Origin: Piromyces finnis finn
Taxonomy: Eukaryota; Fungi; Neocallimastigomycota
Length of the DNA stretch: 64,000 nt
Direction of reading: 5' to 3'
Assembly: GCA_002104945.1 (NCBI GenBank)
Contig: MCFH01000014.1
Coordinates: 1-64,000, forward strand
Part shown: in pieces, positions 57,830 through 64,000 of the stretch
Layout: every line of letters begins with the position of its first letter
Position numbering within the stretch: position 1 is the stretch's first letter
Notes under the pieces: generated by a model
The model's input: only the letters and a program-made list of their open reading frames with translations
Database searches by the model: none
Told to the model about the DNA's origin: nothing
Program-made: the position numbers and the translations under genes

Positions 57830-58419
57830 AATATCAAAGTTAAGAAATGAAATTTGGATAAATATTTAAATTAATGGATAATTAAATTTAAATATTTTAA
57901 ATATTCAAATTAAATCTTAAAAAGTTTTTATTTAATTAAAATTAGTTTAATAACTTTAGCGTAGTTTTAAAATAAGTTTTTTTTAATAAGAAATATATTA
58001 TAAATAGTATTATTAATATTAAAATAATATATAAATAATACATGGACTGTATTCAATTTGCAGTTTACTCAAATTGAATCAAAAGTGTGTTTAATTTGTT
58101 TTAGTTTATTTTTATTATTTTATTATTTAATTAAATTAGTATTAAATTAGTTTTATTTATTTTATATTGAATATATGTATAATTGAATGAAAAATATATG
58201 TAATGAATGTAAATGAAAAAACATATAAATAAATGTATTTTTTCCAAATTTTAAATAAACGTAGTTGTTATTGACTATTATATAGTTAATAACTTTTTTT
58301 AAGAGAAATATAGATTGAAAAATTTTATTCAATAATTTTAGTGTTTAATTTTTTTTTTTTTATAATTTTTGTGTTTTATTGTAAAAATAATAATCTGTTT
58401 TTAACATTATCATTTTACA
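57830..58419 (+). repeat. 3' portion of a diverged A1-like LTR (A3)
   Basis: Colinear with the A1 LTR from aatatcaaagtt to ...ttttaca. Confidence 0.8.
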
Positions 58420-59613
58420 ATAATATTTTTAAATTAATACAAATACAAGATTCCCAATTTTTTGGGATAATTTCTCATATTTATAATTTTTTGAAATTAA
58501 TTAAAAAAGAAGAAAAAAATAAAATATCTAGATTGGATTAATGAATTAGAAAATTTTAATTTCATGAAAGTTCTAGATTAATAATATAATAAAATTTAAA
58601 ATTAAAATTTAATTATTTAAAAAATAGTTGTGATATGTAGTGAACCAAAAACATTTAAGTCGTGGTCGAAAACCTAACCAAAATGCCATTAACTTATAAC
58701 AAGTAATGAATTTTATCAATTAAAATCGGAACAGTGTATATTTTCAATAAATCAAATAAGATATCGCATGTATTATAAGAATATATGTGGATGACATGAT
58801 AATCATAGGAAAAAAAAAATGAAATAAATTTTATAAGTAAAATTTAATCAAAATTTAAAATTTCCAACTGTGAACCAGCCAAATATATTTTAGGAATTAT
58901 AATTAAAAGAAAACTTAATTTGATACAACGATATATAAAAGTGTTTTAGGCTCATTAATATATTTAGCGAAATGTAAACGTCCTAATATTTCATTTTCAG
59001 TACATAAAGCAACGAGGCAGTGTGAAAAACCAAATGTTAGTGATTGGAAAAAGGTAATCAATATTTTAAAATACTTAAATACAACTAAATATTTCAAATT
59101 AATGTATAAAGGAAAGGAAAAAATCCATGCATATTCTGATTCTGATTTTTCTGGAGATAACGAAGATCGAAATCAACTTCAGAGCATATAATTCTAACGG
59201 GAAATTCACCAATTTGCTGGTACTCTAAAAAAAATGATTATAGCAACATTAACCACTAAAGCTGAATATATTAGTACATCTGAGTGTGCTAAAAAGGTAC
59301 TTTGGATAAGAAATATCTTAATAGAATATCTTATTACAATATTTACAGATAATATAGCTTCAAAAATCTTCATAGAAAATGGAGAAATTAAAATATATAT
59401 CAATTAAATATTATTTCGATAAAGATAACGTATCCAAAATTAAAATTAAAATAAAAATGGAATATAAGAATACTAATGAAATGTTAGCAGACGCCTTGAC
59501 AAAAAATATCAATGGTTCAAAAATGAAATTATTCACTGACAAATTGTTTAACAAAAATTATATACATTAAATTACTTTTAAAATTTTTTTTAAAACTCAA
59601 GTTTAGAGGGGAA
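58420..59613 (+). pseudogene. Decayed Ty1/copia RT-RNase H remnant; 3' LTR starts at 59614 (end not determined)
   Basis: YVDD at 58784-58795; SDSDFSGD...ST, KAEYIS..ECAKKVLWIRNIL, MLADALTK; PPT agaggggaa before tgttataat. Confidence 0.85.
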
Positions 59614-61355
59614 TGTTATAATATTATAACTTCATAAATTTTAATTATTAATGATAAATAATATATATTTGCAAAATAATTAGTAATTCATATGTTCTAA
59701 GAAGAATATTTATGTATATAATCATTAGTAATAGATTAAGCCACATATCATAGCATAAATTTATTAAATTTGTATTAATTAATCCCTTGTAATTACTATT
59801 TATATATTTACTATAAATAAACTTTATTAATAAAATTAATCTACAAATAACACATTTCAAATAAAATTATGTAAAACCGTCATAGACAATTTAGATTGAT
59901 ACGGGTTAATTTTATGTAGAAAGAATTAAATTTTAAATAATATATGTTTTATTAATAACTTTATTTATTACGTTCCAATATTTCTATTCCGTCTAAATAC
60001 TAAAACGTTCTGTCGTTGTCAAATATTAAAAATTCTAACTAAAACAAGAGGCCCTTTTTAAACTAGTCTATTTATACTAATGAGGCTTACTTAATAACTA
60101 ATTGTTCAATTATAAGGCTGGAACTATATGGATCATTCATTTACATTATTCTTTTACATTATATGATATTACATTTGTCATACATTTACATTACATTCTT
60201 GTACATTGTAGAAACAATTAATATTATAATAAAACTATATAAATTTAATATTAGGAAAAATTACTAATATAATAATATGTTCAAGTCACATATTATTTTT
60301 ATATCAAGATTTAATTAATTGTATTGTAGTTATTATGAAATTAAAAATGTAATAACTAAATACTAAATGCTCTCGATTAAAACATTGAAATAGTTATTAA
60401 AGAATGATGAAAGAGTGAATTCATTATAATTTGACAGTAATTATTTTATTCCTATCTATATTATTAGCTTTTACTTTTGATATTAAATAAGATGATAAAA
60501 TTATAATATATTTTATTTATTTCATAATAGTAATAATAGTAATGGAATATTTATTATTTTTTACAAAAACCAGCAGAAGAATAATTAAATATGCGATGTT
60601 TGTATTACCTTACCAGAATGCTAAAGTTTAATGATAATTAATAAAAAAAATTTTTTTTTATTCTCTATATATTTAGGAGTAATAATAACATTAACTTTTA
60701 TTACTTTGTAGTATAAAATGATTCTATGTCTATAGTGTAATAGTTGTAGGTGAAACTTTTAAATCTCTTAATTATAGTAATGAAAGTGTTAATTATTATG
60801 TGTATATTGTTTTATAATTCTATTTTATAATTTCTTAAATATACTATCTTTTTTCTAATTTTTTAAAAAAAGAAAGTATAAAAAGGGATAGTGAAAAAAA
60901 ACGAATTTCTTTAACAGGTTTTAAAATTCATTTTCTTTAATAATATATTAATTAATGCATTGTAATATATTTAAATCTCAATCTTAATAGAAATATTTAT
61001 ATTAAGATTGTACAATAATTTTTGCTTAATTAAAAAATAGACTTTTTTTTAAAAATTTTATTTTTTTCTTGTTTTATTATTTATATTTTATTAATATTAA
61101 TTTTATATCTAGGCAAAAAGTCTTTTATCCATTTCTTTCTTTTTATAAGGTAAATTCTTCATCATTATAAATATTATAAATTGTCAAGAATAGTTGTATA
61201 ATAAACAAACATTAAAAATATTTGATAATAAAATTATAATAGTAAATCCAAATTAAAAATTTAAAATATATTCTTTTAAATTAATAAACTGATATTTTTT
61301 CTCTCAATTGCTTTCTATTGCTTCCTATCATATTTAAATATAATAAGAATGCAAT

Positions 61356-61449
61356 ATGTCTTCAATTCAACTTCTTACTAAAAATGCATTAACTCATTCT
61401 TTAAAGGTATAATTAAATATCGAATAAATATTCATTTATCAAATGCACC

Positions 61450-61480
<31 letters not shown>

Positions 61481-63236
61481 TAAAATTTAAACAATTTCTT
61501 TGCTATTATAATTAATTATTTAATTAATTATACATTATTTTAATTAATTAAAATAATGTATGAATATATTCATGTAAATATCAAAACTATTAATGTATAA
61601 TAAAATGAGTAGGGAATACAAACTCAATTCCTTTTAAATGCCCGTAAATTCTCTTCAAAACCACCAAAAACTGTTGCTGCTTGTATTATAGGAGATGAAA
61701 TTTTATCAGGTAGAATTGCTGATACCAATGCTCATTTTTTAGGTAAGCTATTAAGCTATTTAAATTGTTTTTTTTTTTTTTTTATTTTATACATTATGAG
61801 TTTAATATTTTTTTTTTTTTTTTTACAATACTTATATTTATATATTACTTTTCTTTGTTAATGCTATTAATATAACTAATATATTTCTTATATATATGTA
61901 TTTAAAATATTGTGAAATGAAATTTTTTTTTATAAAAAAGCTAAAGAATGTTTCAATAGAGGTTTAGATTTACAAAAAATTATTGTTGTTCCTGATGATA
62001 TGAATGATATTGGTGATGCTGTTACTGAACTTTCAAATAAATATGATTTAGTTTTCACTAGTGGAGGTATTGGGTAAGTAATATATATAATAAAAATTAA
62101 AATTCATCATTTATTCCATATATAAATGTATTAATAGATAAATAAGCAATTCTAAAAAATATGATATAGTACATATATATTCGTTTTATTTTATTAATTT
62201 ACTTCTTTCCTTTTTTTTTTTTTTTTCATAAAAATAATTAAAAATAATTATAGTCCAACTCATGATGATATTACTTATGAAGGTATGTCGTTTTTTTTTT
62301 TTTTTTTCTGAAAAAGATATAATTATTATATATATATTAATTATTTCTTCAATCATACCTATTTAAAATATGATAAATGTAAAATTCATTTTGTAAAATT
62401 GTTTTCATCCTTTTTAATAGCTATTGCTAAGGCTTTTGATTTAAAGTTAGAAGAACATCAATTAACTATTGAACGTATGCTTAAGCATGGTTTTGTTAGA
62501 GAAGATTCTATATTACTTAAACTTCCAGGAATTCCAAATAAACCAAAACCAAGACCATTAAATGCTGCTAGATTAAGAATGGCAACTTTACCAACTCCAT
62601 GTAATGTTATGTTTCCATGTGATGATCTTTGGGTACCTTTAGTTACTGTTAATAAAAATGTATCAATTTTACCGGGTGTTCCACGTTTATTTGAAAGTAT
62701 GATTATTCCATACATTAATAAGGTAATTATTCATAGTTGAGGCACATATTAAAAATAATATTATTAAATTTTATTGAGAATGCCATGGATAGATTATATT
62801 ATTTACTTTTATATATATAATTTTTATTGATACTTTTTATACTCTTTTTTTTTTTTTTTTTTTTTAAAAGGTTGCTGGTAGAACCAATTCTAACTTTGCA
62901 AATGGTGCATATGACAAAAAAGGTAAATTCTTCCGTCAAATGATTGGATCTAATTTATTTGAAGCTGATTTAGCTCCAGTTCTTCGTGAAGCTCAAATGG
63001 AAATTAATAAGAAAAAACTTGGTATTAAGATTGGTTCTTATCCAAAGTACAGACCATCTCCAAAGAATGATGATGAAAAGGATATGCATAGTGATAACAT
63101 TCAAGAAAAATCTAATGTTTTAATTACTTTTGTTGGACGTGATGAAGCAGAAGTTAAGAAATGGAAAGAAATTGTTAAAGAAAAAATACATGGTTTTGAT
63201 GTTGAAGAAGAAGAAGATACTACTTCAAAACAATAA
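61356..63236 (+). CDS. Host gene: CinA/MoCF-biosynthesis (MPTb) domain protein, Fpy1 or FLAD1-N-like putative FAD pyrophosphatase; exons 61356-61406, 61613-61742, 61941-62073, 62254-62282, 62421-62722, 62871-63236 (336 aa)
   Basis: Five GT-AG introns give a 1011-nt frame with the signatures IIGDEILSGRIADTNAHFL, VFTSGGIGPTHDDIT and ILPGVPRLF. Confidence 0.85.
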
Positions 63237-63367
63237 ATATATAAATTTTAATAATAATATTAAAAAAAGTAGTTGAAATATAAATATACATAATATTGAT
63301 AAAATATTTCAATTTTTTTTTATTAATCAACTCGTCGTCTAATTAATAAAATAATTAGTTAATGGAA

Positions 63368-63398
<31 letters not shown>

Positions 63399-64000
63399 TA
63401 AAAAAACATATATTTGCAAATTCAAAATATTTTTTTTAAAAAAGAAAAATAATAATAATAAAAAAAAAGATATTAAGAAAAAAAAAATAGTTATCATTAA
63501 TAACTTTATGATGGTATATTTCTTTACATAAAAAAACTATTGCCATTCCCAACCATTTATCTTTATTATAATTTTATTTAATTATTTTAAAAGGAATAAT
63601 AAAGCAACAACACATTTTTATTTATTATATCCTTTTTAATTTGTAAATAAAAGAAATATTATCATTATTTTACTAATAAGAACCTAACAAATAATAGTAA
63701 AGAAAAAAAAAAAAAAACAAAAACAGAAAAATAAAAATAATTTTGACATTTAGATTATAATAATATTAGAAAATTTTTGTTTGTAAAATTTTCTATTCTA
63801 TTTTCTATTCTATAAATAAAAAAATAATGAATTGCTTTTTATTTAAAAAATCATAATATTTTTAAATGCATTTAAATTAGAATAAAAAATAAAACAAAAT
63901 AATAATAATAATAATAGAAAAAAAAAAGATCCTTTTATTATATGTATGATCCATTTATTCATTTAAAAAGATTCATTATTATAAATAAAAATTAATTAAA

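Overview
An extremely AT-rich eukaryotic window with spliceosomal GT-AG introns. The composition and TE content suggest an anaerobic gut fungus (Neocallimastigomycota; inference). Bases 1 to about 59,600 are almost entirely a multi-layer nest of LTR retrotransposons that can be un-nested using target-site duplications (TSDs). It contains Ty3/gypsy elements A1 (7383-14588), A2 (32369-39240), B1 (47599-53712), B2 (about 4320-17625, split by A1), C (18893-26755), D1 (30050-43215, split by A2) and E (43225 to about 55900, split by B1, 5' LTR missing). Solo or partial LTRs, old pol fragments and a decayed Ty1/copia element are also present. Bases 1-8782 form a fold-back whose left arm is full of small deletions, probably an assembly artefact. 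The only host gene is a 6-exon CinA/MPTb-domain (Fpy1/FLAD1-N-like) gene with a probable organellar presequence (61356-63236). Highlights: (1) a ~205-nt covarying structured RNA module shared by the 5' leaders of two unrelated gypsy lineages (B and C, possibly E); (2) Tf1-type tRNA-independent self-priming in four elements, with co-varying primer/PBS pairs; (3) a slippery site plus H-type pseudoknot for -1 frameshifting in C; (4) hairpins at the U3 edge of most LTR families; (5) three to four insertions stacked within about 12 bp, including a TSD-LTR-TSD-LTR tandem. All alignments, pairings and counts were done by eye; no database searches or folding programs were run.
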